From Octopus sinensis (lineage: Eukaryota): a stretch of DNA of 64,000 nucleotides. Position numbers and translations under genes: made by a program. Where the stretch lies: the NCBI RefSeq assembly GCF_006345805.1, contig NC_042997.1, positions 10,230,001 through 10,294,000 on the forward strand, in the 5' to 3' direction. The notes under the pieces were generated by a model. It searched no databases and had not been told where the DNA came from. It saw only the letters and a program-made list of their open reading frames with translations. This document shows positions 26,510 through 41,463 of this stretch, piece by piece; within the stretch, counting starts at the first letter, position 1; every line of letters begins with the position of its first letter.

Positions 26510-26670
26510 GTCAAAAAAACTATCCTGTATTTTTGGGTCTGTCCCTTTCTGTAGACGAGCGTAGGCTCGAAACGTAAAAGACTTTTTCTATTCCTGAGCG
26601 TTATACTAATACATCTGTTTGTTTTGTACACCACCTGTCTTCGTCTTTTGTTTGTTTAGTAAACTCTCCC
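26510..26670 (+). mobile_element. Penelope-like pseudo-LTR, subfamily 1
   Basis: Homologous to 41825-41965 (minus). Carries a hammerhead-like motif and abuts (TA)n at its 3' end. Confidence 0.7.
26545..26580 (+). ncRNA. Minimal hammerhead ribozyme-like motif (U6 variant)
   Basis: CTTT-CTGTAGA-C-GAGC GTAG GCTC-GAAAC-GTA-AAAG. Stem I CTTT/AAAG, stem II GAGC/GCTC, palindromic ACGT stem III, GUA cleavage triplet. Confidence 0.6.
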
Positions 26671-26671
26671 C

Positions 26672-26704
<33 letters not shown>

Positions 26705-26705
26705 A

Positions 26706-26799
<94 letters not shown>

Positions 26800-27901
26800 T
26801 GTATATATGACTGTATGCATAAACACATATCTATACATAGAAAACTGAAATTTTATAAATATATTACATGAAAAATATCCCAAATACCAACCATTCTGGA
26901 AAAATAAACAAAATGCTTTTTTATTAACTTATTTGCTTTACCACCAACCGAATAGTAATTTGTTATACCATAACCTCGGGTAGGAAATTCACAAAATATC
27001 ATTTTCTATTTTCCCAGTCAAAATCAGGATTAAGAGATATCATACATTTACTTTTATATCGCTTTATTATTTTACGAGCCAATGCAGGATTTTGGCTGAG
27101 ATCGTTCCGTCTACTAACAATAGCTATCACATTTTCATAAAATCCCACTCTTCTGTCTTAAAAATTGGCAAGTCACATTGCATAATGTTGTTATACGATA
27201 AATGTGGATAAGCATCAACAATATTAACAACGATGAAGCCACATACAATTTAGACGGAGAAGCTGCTATGAGAGATGATTAAATAGAGAAGAGAAGACAC
27301 ATATTAGCCAAGAGCAAATGTCGAATAGAATACATTTGTTTAAATGTATTCTATGAATGTATTCTATCATACATTTGGATAAAGTAGGAACGATAAATCT
27401 GAAAAACAACCTTATAGGTGAGCTAGAACATATAGGAATATTGTATATGAAAATGCCGACAAGTTGCAAAGAAACAAAAATAATTGCAACCCCTGCCTCG
27501 TTTTTCTCTCAATCAAAGAACAAGTTTTTCTCTTTCACTGAAAGAAAAATATGTTTTAAGATATACACCTTGACTCAAAGTAGCAGATACACGTTCTTCA
27601 AATATTCTTCAAATATTCTGGTTTTCAAACAAAAGCGAATTCACATTCAAACTAAGATCCCTCAATTTAAAGTTCTAAATTTAAATCCATATAGCGTTGA
27701 AATAATTTCAGGTATAAATCTGAAGGTATACAAACTTCATTGATGACTGGCTTGTCACTAATCAAACGATAAATAGTTCAAGTACCCTGGCTGAAATAAC
27801 TTCAAATATGCGAAAGCCAAAATGAAAAAATGCAAATTATGCTAAGCACAACGATAGTCTTATCATTTATGTAAGTGGTTATTTAATATTTCTATGGTTC
27901 A

Positions 27902-28297
27902 AGGCGGCGAGCTGGCAGAATCGTTAGCACGCCAGGCGAAATGCTTTGCGGTATTTCGTCTGCCGCTACATTCTGAGTTCAAATTCTGCCGAGGTCGACT
28001 TCGCCATTCATCCTTTCGGGGTCGATTAAATAAGTACCAGTTACACACTGGAGTCGATATAATCGACTTAATCCGTTTTTCTGTCCTTGTTTGTCCTCTC
28101 TGTGTTTAGCCCTTTGTGGGTAGTAAAGAAATAGGTATTTCGTCTGCCGTTACGTTCTGAGTTCAAATTCCGTCGAGGTCGTCTTTGCTTTTCATTCTTT
28201 TGGGATCGATAAATTAAGTTCCAGTTGCGTAATGCGGTCGATCTAATCAACTAGACAGCTCCCCAAAAATTTCGGGCCTTGTGCCTAGAGTAGAAAA
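27902..28297 (+). mobile_element. Dimeric SINE family D (Deu/Nin-like domain)
   Basis: Head GGCGGCGAGCTGGCAGAATCG. GCCGAGGTCGACTTxGCCTTTCATCCTTTCGGGGTCGAT..AAGTACCAG occurs twice (second monomer from 28133) and resembles the conserved Deu/Nin SINE domain. Confidence 0.85.
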
Positions 28298-28314
28298 TAA
28301 TGTTTCTATGGTGC

Positions 28315-28540
28315 TAAAGCGGCGAGCTGACAGAATCGTTCGCACGCCGGACAAAATACTTAGCGGTATTTCGTCCGTTTTTATGTTCTGAGTTCAAATT
28401 CTGTTGATGGCAACTTTGCCTTTCATACCTTTCGGGGTCGATAAAATAAGTACCAGTAGAACACAGGGGTCGATGTAATCGACTTACTTCGTCTCCCAAA
28501 ATTGCTAGCCTTGTGGTGCCAAAATTTGAAATCAATATAT
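28315..28540 (+). mobile_element. SINE family D monomer
   Basis: Same head and central domain, head-to-tail after the dimer. Confidence 0.85.
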
Positions 28541-28675
28541 TTGGTTCTGATGGGTGAAGGAGACTATGTGTGTCTTCTCTGAAATGCAGTGCCAGAGTAG
28601 ACTCCACACTCTTTCTGCACATCAAAAGCACACAATAGATGTGGTTGCATTCATATTTGTATCACACCTTTCCAA

Positions 28676-28782
<107 letters not shown>

Positions 28783-29371
28783 TTTTTGCATGTGCATATA
28801 CATTACAAACATTATGAAAAGGAATTCCAGTCCTGAAAATGAGCATAACGGAATTACGAAAATATTTCATACTGTTTGAAATAGAGTAAGACAAATGCAA
28901 TTTGCTGTATGGTACAGAAAATTCATTTTATTCAATTTTAGTTAGCACGGACCACCTGCTAGTTTTCATTCATAAGTACCTATTGTTATGGAATCTAAAG
29001 TAGAATAATACATCTTTCGCACTAATCATTGTGATATCTTGAAGTAACTATTTGACTATGCTTCTCTGAAGAGGTTTTGATACCGAAACACTCGGAATTT
29101 ATCACCGTATTACTAAATATGAAATTCATTTTCCATTTATCCGAATCCAAAATTACACGCCCACTACTAAAGTGTATGAAGTGGTATGAAGTGGTAGGAG
29201 GGATTCGTTTGACAAAAGACCGAATAGCAGCAAACCCCACCGTTGCTCATTCATCACTAGCTTCACTACTATCGGTAGCAGAACAGAATAATTGAAAAAT
29301 TACAGAAACAGTAATAAATCAACAACATCAACAATTACAGCAGCTATAACGAAAGAGTGACAGCAACAATA

Positions 29372-29605
29372 TATTTCTTTACTACCCACAAGGGGCTAAA
29401 CACAGAGGGGACAAACAAGGACAGACAAACGGATTAAGTCGATTACATCGACCCCAGTGCGTAACTGGTACTTTATTTATCGACCCCGAAAGGATGAAAG
29501 GCAAAGTCGACCTCGGCGGAGTCTGAACTTAGAACGTAGCGACAGACAAAATACGGGTACGCATTTCGCCCGGCGTGCTAACGTTTCTGCCAGCTCGCCG
29601 CCTTA
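29372..29605 (-). mobile_element. SINE family D monomer inserted in a degenerate (CAA/CAG)n tract
   Basis: 16-bp TSD AGTGACAGCAACAATA at 29356-29371 and 29606-29621. Confidence 0.93.
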
Positions 29606-29975
29606 AGTGACAGCAACAATAACAGCAGGGTCAGCAGTTATAACTACGACACCAGCAACAACAACGACAGCAGAGATAGCAGCGATAGCAGCAATAACAC
29701 CAGCGAAATCAACGTCAGCAGCAGCAGCCATAACAGCGTCAGAGAGGCGATAACAAAAATATGTGTTGAGGTAATCTTTGGCTGGAATGGCGGTAAAATC
29801 GACAAAATTCTTTTCCTTCTCCCTCAAAAACATGAAATCACGGCTGACACAGGTAACATAATCTGTGGAAGTGGAAGAAAGAAGAGCGCAAGGGTTAATC
29901 GTAGGTGATCTTTTGGCAACAGCCGCCCGCAAGATGGGGCTGCATCGCTGAGTGTCAACAAAAACGTGACGCCTA

Positions 29976-30304
29976 AAGGGTAAAGACCCCCTTCGGTCAT
30001 GAATGACCATGGGATTGCACCTAGAAAGTTACCCTCCTAGACACAAGTCCGGGCAAGGAAGAGCAGCAGTCGCCCATGCATACCGGCCTCCCCTCTCCAT
30101 GCCACCAGTGTTGTCCAAGGGAAAGACAAAGGTCGATACAGCTTGGCACCAGTGACGTCGCAACTCATTTCTACAGCTGAGCGAACAGGAGCAACGTGAA
30201 ATAAAGTGCCTTGCTCAAGAACACAACACGCAGCCCGGTCCGGGATTCGAGCTCACAACCTCACGATCGTAAGCTCGACGCTCTAACCACTGAGCCATGC
30301 GCCT
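29976..30304 (-). mobile_element. SINE family A
   Basis: 10-bp TSD GTGACGCCTA at 29966-29975 and 30305-30314. Confidence 0.92.
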
Positions 30305-30429
30305 GTGACGCCTAGAAACAGCAGAACACAGCCTTGTTGAAAGAGCTTATCAAAGATGCGTGGGCAGATACGGAACAAGCAAATCCCTCGCGCTAAGGCA
30401 CCCTATAGTTCTCATAACTAAATGGTATT

Positions 30430-30746
30430 CGGTCACTTACGACGACGAGGTTTCCAGTTGATCCGATCAATGGAACAGTCGGCCCGTGATATTAACGTGC
30501 AAGTGGTTGAGCACTCCACAGACACGCATTTGCTTAATGTAGATCTCGGGGTCTCGGGGAGATTCAGCGTGACACAGAATGTGATAAGGCTGGCCCTTTG
30601 AATGACAGGTACAACGCGTTTTCCCAAATGAGTAGATTGGATCAACAAGTAAATAAAGTGTATTGCTCAAGGACAAAACGCGTCGCCGGGAATCGAACTC
30701 ACGACTTTACGATCATGAGCCGATTACCCTAAACACTATGTCACGC
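30430..30746 (-). mobile_element. SINE family B'
   Basis: Homologous to 8302-8628. Confidence 0.88.
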
Positions 30747-31189
30747 AACATCGCATACTTCTTATATACAACAGGAAATTTATCGTTTACCTAATATATT
30801 TAAGGAGAAGACCAATCGCATTAAGATAGAGCGAATTGCATCAGGGCTGGAGAATTGTTTTGTGTAAAGAATATGTACTGTGTGAATTATGCTATAATGT
30901 CGTGTGATTTGTAAAATATATGCTGAGTGCATGTGTTTTGTTATAGCATTTTCTCTTGTGTGATTATGCCAGACGAATAGGATGTGAGCTACGCTAGTGA
31001 ACTGTGTATTACATATGATGTATCTCTCAAAGCTGACGCTGGAATATTTTAATCCGTGCTTCGTTATTTATTCTTTGTTGGGATTCTGTTTCACCATACG
31101 GAGTTTCTTGATTATTAAAACTGCTTTTTTTTTATTATGTTCATACATGCACATGCGCTTCATCACCATCGTTCATGCCGTTGTCATCG

Positions 31190-31222
<33 letters not shown>

Positions 31223-32290
31223 GTTGCAGGAGTAGCAACGACATCCGTATAGTTGATGGTGTGTTGATATCGTTAATTCATAAATGTCCAAAGATTAGTA
31301 AAATTATTAAGAGTAAATAGTAGTAGTTCATTCACACGGTACTCGTTTATGAGTCTTGTATTTATTTCATTCGCCACCTGTAGTAGAGATTTGAACTAAA
31401 AATTGAATACCACAAAGCATTTTGTCCGCTCTATTCTTAAAATATTTTGAGAAGTATTTCAGCTAAGGTTGACTTCGAGTTTCGCCAGCTGGTATCAATA
31501 ACATAAGTATTGATTGGTGTCTGTATAATTAATTAAACATCCGTCTTATGTAAATTTCTGGTACTGAGCATCTGTTAGAAATCATAAATGTGAAAACAAA
31601 CGATATCTCCCCGCCAAAAAATAGAAAAACATTTTAAGTTCCGAGTTCGAATTCCGTTCTAGTCACCAAGTTCCGCTAAAATAAAATTCATTGTATCCAA
31701 TAACAGAACCCTTTGATTGCCACTCCTTTTCATTCTGGTATCAAATCTAGTCTAGAACAACTTTGCTTTTCATCTCTCCAGGGTGGATAACATACCAGTC
31801 AAGTTGCAAACTGACAACACCCAAACAAAAAGCTGTATGCTTTGTTAGAAGCATTTATTATACTTATGCAATGCAAACTTTTATGTTTATTCTATACTGT
31901 ATCGAATAATATCTTAATGTAATCCTGTATTTTGTTGCCTGTTTCATAAAAGAAATTTCTAGTATTGTTGTTATTGTTAACCATGATCATGTATTTCTTA
32001 TTGTTGTTCCTTGCATTTTCCATTACGCCATCTGGGAATTTTCAAATCAGTAAAAACAAAAAAAGGTGCGCCAAACGCTTTCTCATTTGCCTAATAAATG
32101 GGATTGGTTAGGCAATAAATTTGATTTCATCCTATGCAGTGTTTACGTTCAGTGATCAAACTGGAATTTAAATGGAAATTTTGTATATGTACATACACAC
32201 ATACTTATACGCGCGAACAAGGAAACATGCACACACAGACACACTTGCATATATATATATTATATATATATTATATATATATATATATAT

Positions 32291-32334
<44 letters not shown>

Positions 32335-32666
32335 GTATATACATTCACATATATGTGTATGTATTTATATGTATATGCATATATATATATATATATTATA
32401 TATATATATATGTATATAAAATATATATACACATACATATATATGTGTGTATTGTAAATATATATACATGTGTGTCTGCACGGGTGTTTGTGTGTGTGTG
32501 TGGACTTATATTCATACATACTGATATATAGTTAAAGCATATGTATATAGATATAAATGCAAACGTACATACATGCACACATACACACATACACCCGAAC
32601 AGAGTCGCATGCAATGTATATGTGTGTCTCACTCGTCCTCTCTACACACACATACCCGTATATATA

Positions 32667-32709
<43 letters not shown>

Positions 32710-32814
32710 CATATATATATATATATATACATACATACACACACACGGACACACAAACACACACATTCGACATATATATTCATATACACACACATATACA
32801 GAAGTATGTATGTA

Positions 32815-32868
<54 letters not shown>

Positions 32869-32928
32869 CATGTATGTATGTATATTCCAGCACACACCTG
32901 TATATGCGCAAATATATAAATGTATGTG

Positions 32929-33007
<79 letters not shown>

Positions 33008-33621
33008 ACGACACGCATATATACATATGTATAGAGAAAAAGTGAGTGAACGAGAGAGTTAGTGAGCGAAAGAGGAACATATAGTGAGAATAGTTTGAGG
33101 GACGTACAAATGAATCCTAATGATAATCAGATAGAATATTGTCTCACTAACATTATCTGAAAAAATATACTAGTTTGGCATCGAACAAATAATAAGAAAC
33201 TCGTGGGAATGGCAAGCAGAATCTAAATCTATATTTGCAAGCTATATCTAGAAGAACTACAGATATGTTGATTTGATTAGGAAGGTATAACCAAGATAGA
33301 AAACATTTTCTCTTAATACTTCTTCCTTAATACAACCTATAAACGTGACCTTATACGAATATAGAATGATTCTCCCAAATGATTTGGTAGTACACCCTTA
33401 TATATGAGAATCTCGGAAGGTAGAGCTTCTAATTGTGTGTGTAGGTGTGTGTGTGTTTGTGTGTGTGCATGTGTGTGTGTGTAGTTACGTGAGGGCGCAT
33501 GTGTAGGTGTGAGTATCAGAATGAATGTTATCCTATCTCGTTCAAGTATTTTCCTCTGTCTTTGTGTGTAAAGGTGTACCTGTATGAGTATGTGTGCGTG
33601 TTTGTGCGTTTGTGTGTGTGC

Positions 33622-33673
<52 letters not shown>

Positions 33674-34223
33674 GCGATTCGCTAAATCATCCTCGAATTT
33701 TTATGGAAAATACGTATATGCTGATGGTCGGAAATACCCGAATGAGCGGTTCTTACTGACGAGCCTACGGAAATATCTGAAACTGAGCATTCAGTATAGG
33801 GAATTCTCAATTAGTGTTTTAGGGCGATTACAACCCCGTGGGCATAAATGTATATAATTATGCGCTTTTCTACGGCATTAGAGCTTTTTAGCTCTTAATC
33901 CTAGCAATGTAAGTGTTTTGTCGCCCTTAGTCGCATTTAGTGGCAATTATATATATATATTTGGGGTTAATACATTGCGCATGGCGGTTTATATTAATTT
34001 TTGTATATATATATAAGCACACACACACTCATACGCACACACGCACATGCATGCATGCATACATACATACATACATACATACATACATGATGAGCTGCTG
34101 CCCTAGAATGTCTAGAGATACTATCTGACACTGAGACATGATATAGTTTCGAAGACTGTTTACAATGCTATCCGCAAGAAGGACGGCCTTTACATGTATC
34201 TATCTATCTATCTATCTATCTAC

Positions 34224-34360
<137 letters not shown>

Positions 34361-34387
34361 ATTATACATATACATATATATACATAC

Positions 34388-34419
<32 letters not shown>

Positions 34420-34559
34420 ATATACATATATATACATATACATATATATATAAATAATAAAATATTTTTTAATTTTTTATTTACGATTTAATTTGTGTCT
34501 ATCATTGTTTGAATTGCATAATAATGGTTTTTCTCTAATTTATATATATATATACATAC

Positions 34560-35757
34560 ATATCGACCACGTCCTTACCCGACTAGTGGCTTCCCTCCTC
34601 TCCAACATCAATGATACTAACGATACTCTTCGTCTCTTTAACTCTTTCTTCTTCCATTCTGGCCCCTCTAAATTTCTGTTTACTCTTGATATCAAGATAT
34701 CTACATACCGTGATCCCACATAACAAAGGACTTCTTGCGCTGAAGCACTTTCTGGACCTTTGACCTGACCCCCAACTTGACACCTCCTCCGTCTTGCAGG
34801 ACTTGTTCTCTCCCTCAGTTGCTTCTCGTTCGCGGGGGGATTTTACCAATAGGTCTCGAGAGTGGCCATGGGAACGAGAATGGACCCCAAATATGTGAAC
34901 CTGTTCGTTGGTAACGTTGAGACCCAAATATCCTCCCAATTCATTGGTTCCACTCCCGAGCTATAGTGTCATTATATCAATGAATGTATTGGCTCAACCT
35001 CACTCCCCCACGAACATCTAGACTCCTTCCTCTTCTTTGTCCAATACTTCCATCCTACCTTAGAATTCCCCTTCACTATCTGTAACGTTTCCGTCGAAAT
35101 TCTCTACATTTCAGTCAGAATACACCACCCTGCTCTCACTATCTCCGTCCACTATAAACGTATAAACACACTGACTCACACTCCTACCTTAACTTCTCCT
35201 CATTTCACTCTACTCACACCATGCTCTCCATCCCCTACTCCCAATTCCTCCAACTGCGCAGGCTCTCCAGTGACAACCGTGACTTTGAGACTCAGTCTCA
35301 ACTCATGGCTCGCCTCTTCATCCTACGTGAATATCACCTCACCACTATCCACACTGCCCTTGCCAGGGCACGGTCCATAGATCGTACCTCTGCTTTTTCT
35401 CCTCGCATCCGCCCCACCGTTGCCCATCTCCTGTCTTCCTAACCCACCCCCACTCAGTCCCTCCAACGCACCATACTCCCAGCCTTCTGGTGACTTCGTT
35501 CCGACCCCTCCACCTCACACATCTTCCTCAACTTACCCCTTTCATCCTTGAAACGAACCTTCAGTTTCTTCCATAACCCTACCTCCCAGCCTGGCTCGTT
35601 CCCCTGCTCCCGCCCATGCTCTCTCACCTGTCCAACACCACCATCCTCACAGGTACCCATCATCGTCCCTATTACATTACCGATTCCTTTACCTGCTCTT
35701 CTAGTAACGTCATTTACTGCATCTCCTGCTGTCTCTGTCCTTCCCTGTACATAGGTC
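34560..35757 (+). pseudogene. Penelope-like element RT plus start of GIY-YIG endonuclease, degraded
   Basis: Reads FTLDIK..VAMGTRMDPKYVNLFVG..TDSHSYLNFSS.H..SIPYSQFLQLRRLSS..PGSFPCSRPCSLTC..FTCSSSNVIYCISC.LCPSLYIGQ. The Cys-rich linker suggests Neptune-like. Confidence 0.9.
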
Positions 35758-36529
35758 AGGAAATTCCTTTCCAATCCCACTAGACACAAAGCAAGACTTT
35801 TTTAGGGCGAATACCTGATTTTGAGGTGGCTCCTGTCGCTTAATCCAGGATCGCTTTCTCTGAACATTTCGGTAGACAATCCATTTCTTATCACCTGTCA
35901 CAATTTGCTTTAAAAAAGACGCGTTTTCATTCTGTTTATAAAGCGAATCACAGATGAAAATGCAATCCAAAAGGTTCTTCTCACTCAACTCAGGTGGTAC
36001 CCAAATATCGTGGCGATTTGTGTACCCAAGCTTTACGAGGTGCTCTTGAACGACGGATTTTGATAGGTTGAGGCTCTGTACTAATTCTCGAGTTGTGCAA
36101 TGTGGGTTATTCGCAATTAATGACTTGATTTGGTCATCATCTGTAGTGAATGGTCTGCCTGATCGCTCTTGATCAATAAGGCTACAATCTCCAGCTCGGA
36201 ACCTTGTGGACCACTTCTGTACAATTCTTTCGGATAAAGAAACATCACTGTAAACTGCGCATATTTCTTTGGTTGCTTATGAGGTTGCATTTTATCCTTT
36301 ACGGAAAAAAAGCATCAAGAGCCGAAAATGAACTTTCTTATCTTCTATTCTAAAGGGTTACAGAATTAACACCGGTTATAGGAGCATAAACCTCCTTCCA
36401 CGAAAGGATGGCTTAAACCCTGCTCTAAATGGAGGTGTAGTTAAATACTATTTTATGGACTCAACCATGTACTAAAATAAGTCGAAAGGTAAGCTACTAT
36501 AAATCGGCACCAACTTTCCGGACAACCCA

Positions 36530-36532
<3 letters not shown>
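35755..36532 (-). mobile_element. Mariner transposon, 5' half with TIR
   Basis: TIR TA|TTGGGTTGTCCGGAAAGTTGGTGCCGATTT at 36501-36532. Translation WVPPELSEKNLLDCIFICDSL..IVTGDKKWIVY is a mariner signature. Truncated at about 35755. Confidence 0.92.
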
Positions 36533-36585
<53 letters not shown>

Positions 36586-38766
36586 ATCATATACGAAATC
36601 ATGTCTGTAGTTTTCAAAACTCTACGTTTGTTTATATTGAATAGTTCTTGGTTTGGAAAGATGACGTTGCCGTGTTAGTTATATTGCAAGAGGCTAAAAT
36701 ATCGCAAGATTATTATTCTTAATATAAGTAATATTGGTATTTTTATAATTTTCCTCTATTTCGCCATGATAAACTTGATGTTTATTACTTGTGCTTATTG
36801 TATTTTGCCATAAAATATTTCTCATTTACCAAACCGATGGAATTTTGTTATCGTCTGCGTTAAAATATCTGCATATTTTCTTATGTACGAAGAAAAAATT
36901 ACGAAGATATTGATAAAAATTTCATATTGCTTCCTAATATTTTCTTTTCTCTTTATATGTATGTAAGCAAGACACTTTAACATTTACATATCGAAATTTC
37001 TGTCTGTTTTTTCATACGGAAAGTTTTGAGACTTTTTTACTGAACGAAACAGATGTTTTTCATCATTGATATCATAATAGATTTTTCGCAATTTCATTTT
37101 ATAATATACTACAGATGTTTCTATTTAATTTAAACTAATCTATATTTTGTTGAAATGTATATTTGCAAATTGCTAATTATATTATTGCATTAATAAAATT
37201 GTAAAGGTGTGATACATTAAGTTATTGTATAATTTCCATTTATGTTCTTCCCAAATTTCTCTCTCTTTCTCTCTGTCTCTCTCTCTCACACACACTCACA
37301 CACACACACACATACACACACACACATAGTCTTAATTTTCTCTCTTTTAAATGCACCCACTCTTCTTAATTTACTTTTTAGTTTCAAACATTAATATATA
37401 CGCATGCACATCGATTAATCTGCGGACGTATTGTACACACGGATACGAAAATGCTCACATCCTGTACATATAAACGCATATTTTTATACTTAATACTAAG
37501 CATACGTACAAGAACATATGTGATAAAGCTAAATTAAAATATGAAGTGACGTATGCATTCATGTATATCACTTCATAGAAGTAAAAGGGAATGCAGTGGA
37601 TGCAGTAGGCAGTCAGTTCTTACTTTAGTGGTATTTCCACCTGAGCTAGAGAAAACCAAGCAAAAATATATAATGTCGCTACAATTGTTAATAGCTCACA
37701 AGAGGTAGAGCATTTCAGCAAATTAAGAATTAATTTCCCAAATAAATTTACTCACTTAAAGAAACGATAACTTGATCATCCTTTGCAGGCAATTGGTAAA
37801 GCAATATAGAACATTCTATGCGAGCCTAGGGATTTGAGAATAGGTTTCTGCAGATAGTTAAAAATTTAGTTAATTATACCTTACATGATTAAAAATGAAA
37901 TGAACCTTTTTAAGTTAAATGATGATGTGATGAATGCCATACACAAAATAGTTCCTTATGTTGTTGCAGTCACCTTCAAATTTTGCAAACAAAAACAAAA
38001 CCATAGCAAGAATTGATAGTAAACTCTCAAAGAAAAGGAATTATAATTTCAATAAATTAAGAAATAATTCTATAAATCAACTTCTGTATTTTCAGAATGA
38101 ACAACCTGTTCCTTATGTCGTAGCAAGGGACATCATAGACATAAATTCAAAACTAATCGGTCACCAGCCAGGCTGGTGACCGATAAGTTTTGAACTGCAT
38201 TCATCGTTGGCTCAACATCCAGGAATCCGAGAGTGCACGTAGGGTATACATTAAATATTAATAGAGAAGACTGTATGTACCAAAAAGCAATTTATTATCG
38301 AAATTGTTTCATTCAAAATGTGCGAAAAGCTCATTGAGCTGCAACGGTATCAGCGAATCGTAGGGCGCATGTATTTATTTGAAATTGTATATCGTTAGCT
38401 ATGAATAACGAATTCGTCTTTCACAACTCTATAAGAACGATAATTCGTATTCATAAGAACAGTAATTACAGCTGTGAAAGATGAATTCGCTACCCGATAT
38501 TGAAGACGTGCAATTACACAGAAATGCGAGTAGCATGCAGTCCGATGACGTCTTCTATAGCCCAATGAGGTATTTTACCCATTTCGTATGTGAGGAAAAT
38601 TTTCACATCATTCTTAATTTTTTACGGGAGAAAGGTTGATGGTATCTTCGCATTTTCGGCATGTTTACCGTCATTAGCCGGAGTGTGTAAATATATAAAA
38701 GTGTGTGTGTGTGTATATATATATATTTAAACACACACACACTTTTATATATTTACATACTCAGGG

Positions 38767-38807
<41 letters not shown>

Positions 38808-40401
38808 GCATACATACATACATTCATACATACATGCGTATAAATGACCAACTACTCATTCTCTTTTATTTAATCCATTCCATCAGCGTTGGTGATTTCT
38901 GAGTTGCATATTACTGATTATATCACTCCACCAAAAAATTTATGACTTTTTTCTTATTTTAATTTCGTTTTACAAATTTAAGATTTTCAAGAGATGGCTG
39001 TGTAAATATTAGCTGTGTAAATATTATCGAGGTTTGATGCTAATTTGGTATATCTTACAAGATGAATACAAGATTTGTTTCTTGAAATAATTAAGTATTT
39101 GTCATCTAATAAAATCCAAACTTTGAGTCACAAATACGTTTTTGGTGTCTTATTAATAGTATTGTAAAGCTATCCCCGTTCATATGTCGTTCATCAAAAC
39201 ACAGTCGATTTTATATTAGGCAACTTGGATTAATATAAAATGCTGAATAATATAGAACATATATTGATAAAGGAATTAGACATACATTTAAAACATCAAA
39301 GGAACACTTTTGTTGAATAAATCAATAACACATTTTGTTACTGCATCCATTTGCAATCTTTCAAGCGTCTTAGTTAATATATCTTCTTAATAAGTTACAT
39401 TCTTCGTTTTCAGTTAGCCCTTGGCATTCGATTAGAGTGATAAAAGAGCTGGCCATCTGCGAATTGGTAATAAAGTTATATATTTATCATTCCGAAGAAG
39501 TGTAAGCCATTTTTGCGCTTAATCCGCTCCGAATTCTTAATGTGAGTTGTTATCAACTTTACTTCACCAACTAACAATGAGTTGGAATTTCTGAATTTAG
39601 AGTGTCTTAAGCGGAAATGTGTAGAAATGGAGTTCTTTTAATGCGTTTCTATCAACATTTTTTTCTTTTTCTTTTTATTGGTTCGCCCCTACCTTTGTTC
39701 AGTTTCTTTTTCCGTTTATCCTTCTTTCTTGATATTCTTGATTCTTGTGCAAAATGGAAAAGTTTGAAGTTTATTTCTGGAATAATCGAAATAGAATTGT
39801 GACTAACGAATTTCTTATAATATAGAAGAACTGAACTAAAGTAAACAACAAGCTAGTAGATGAATGTGTCAGTGAGTAAAAAGAAGGTAAAAAATGACAC
39901 ATAATAGTTATGGTAATAACAAGTTTGTCTCTGGCTTAAGTTGACATACAAGGAACGAACTACACAGAAAGCTTTTAAAATGTACGCTCTTGCTTTGAAG
40001 AATTCGATTCCATTACGTTCGTAGCTGAAAGAATTAATGTCACAAACGTTAAAAACATACTGCAAGATATGTTCGTACTGTAGAAAGTTCTTTACTTTTA
40101 CGTATTGTACTTGCAAGAAATTTCACTGAAACGACAAGAAGTATTGGTGATTTGACATATATGGCAGTGGTGAAAGACAGCAGCAGTTAAGCTAAGGACA
40201 ATACATTTACGCAACGGTATGCTTTTTTTTTCCTGCTGTTTTTCTATTCAAACGATTTTCTCCTCAGCAGAAAATGTTGATAAACAACTGAATTTTATAT
40301 CGAACTCTAAAAAAAAAAAGTAAGAAAAGAAAAAAACAGGAAACCTTTAGTCATGTTAGTTTTTGTCGCTGTTGTTATCACTGTTGTACAGGATGATCCA
40401 C

Positions 40402-40450
<49 letters not shown>

Positions 40451-41463
40451 ACTTTTTACCACAACTTGGTAGCAAGACGTGGATGCAAAGGAAGTATATG
40501 TTCGACATAAGTCGTAGCTGTCTCATCATAATTATGGGGATTATTTACCATAGATCACATTCACTTAACGGTTAGTCCTTATTTCAACGACAATGGAGAG
40601 TTTATTTCTGTTGTTTAGTGCCCAAATCAATACCCACGGAAAAAAAGATTTTCAAGTTGTGGCATCTACGGCTGTATTGTCAAATGCACCCTTGCGCCCT
40701 TACGTTTAAGAACTATTGGGTAGTATTTGATGGAGGTTTAACCGCTAATCCTAGCAAATCAAGCGACTGTGTCATGGAATATTTCAATACTTCTTAGTTC
40801 GACGATAATGCGGGTATTGCTTCGCTGGTTTGCAGCCTTTTGTCGTAGATGTTGGTATTATTTTGTTGGTGGTGGTGATAATGGATGTGGTACTGCCCGG
40901 GAGTGGTAGCGGCGGCGGTGATGCTATCGTGAGATGTACAGATTGTTGTAGTGGTTGTGATGATAGTTTTTTGAAAATTAGGTCAGTTATTATCCAGCAG
41001 ACCTGTTGCTAAAGGCATGCCAATACTCACCATTTTTACTTATTTTAGCATAATGTATCTAGGACTACATTGCTGTTATGGTTTCGGTGATATTTACTGC
41101 TATTTTTAGAAATTCGATCGTCCAATAGAGACTGTGCCTCATTAGTTCTAATCATCATATTTTGAGATTGTGTATAGAGAAGTGTGTATGTATTTGCGAT
41201 GTGCACGAGGCTTATGTATGCGAAGTTAGCTAATACAACTGTCACATATAGAGTGATTAAGGACGTAGTTTTGCTAAATTTACAATATTCATTTCTTCTT
41301 CCACCATCACATTTTAGCATAATCTCACATTACAAAATCACACAAAAATACATACGTTCACATATATGTAGATGTTTTACGTGATTATATAAATACACGC
41401 AAACATTTATAAATCGTAGTCTGACGACTGAAACAAATGTAAGATGAAGGGTAAAAGATGATT

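Noticed and set aside
27357-27743. ORF with an LRR-like stretch TINLKNNLIGELE
   Set aside because: Only one repeat-like motif, no good splice acceptor, and AT-rich low-information flanks.
29603-30010. 135-aa Ala/Val-rich ORF
   Set aside because: Composite of a SINE A tail and a degenerate (CAG/CAA)n tract.
33755-33775. CTGACGAGCCTACGGAAA hammerhead-like string
   Set aside because: Stem II does not close next to GAAA and there are no flanking stems.
39414-39466. Possible micro-exon SPWHSIRVIKELAICEL; also 16483-16521 minus (RFETVLEAAYKH)
   Set aside because: Short, unsupported, and cannot be chained into a coherent gene model.
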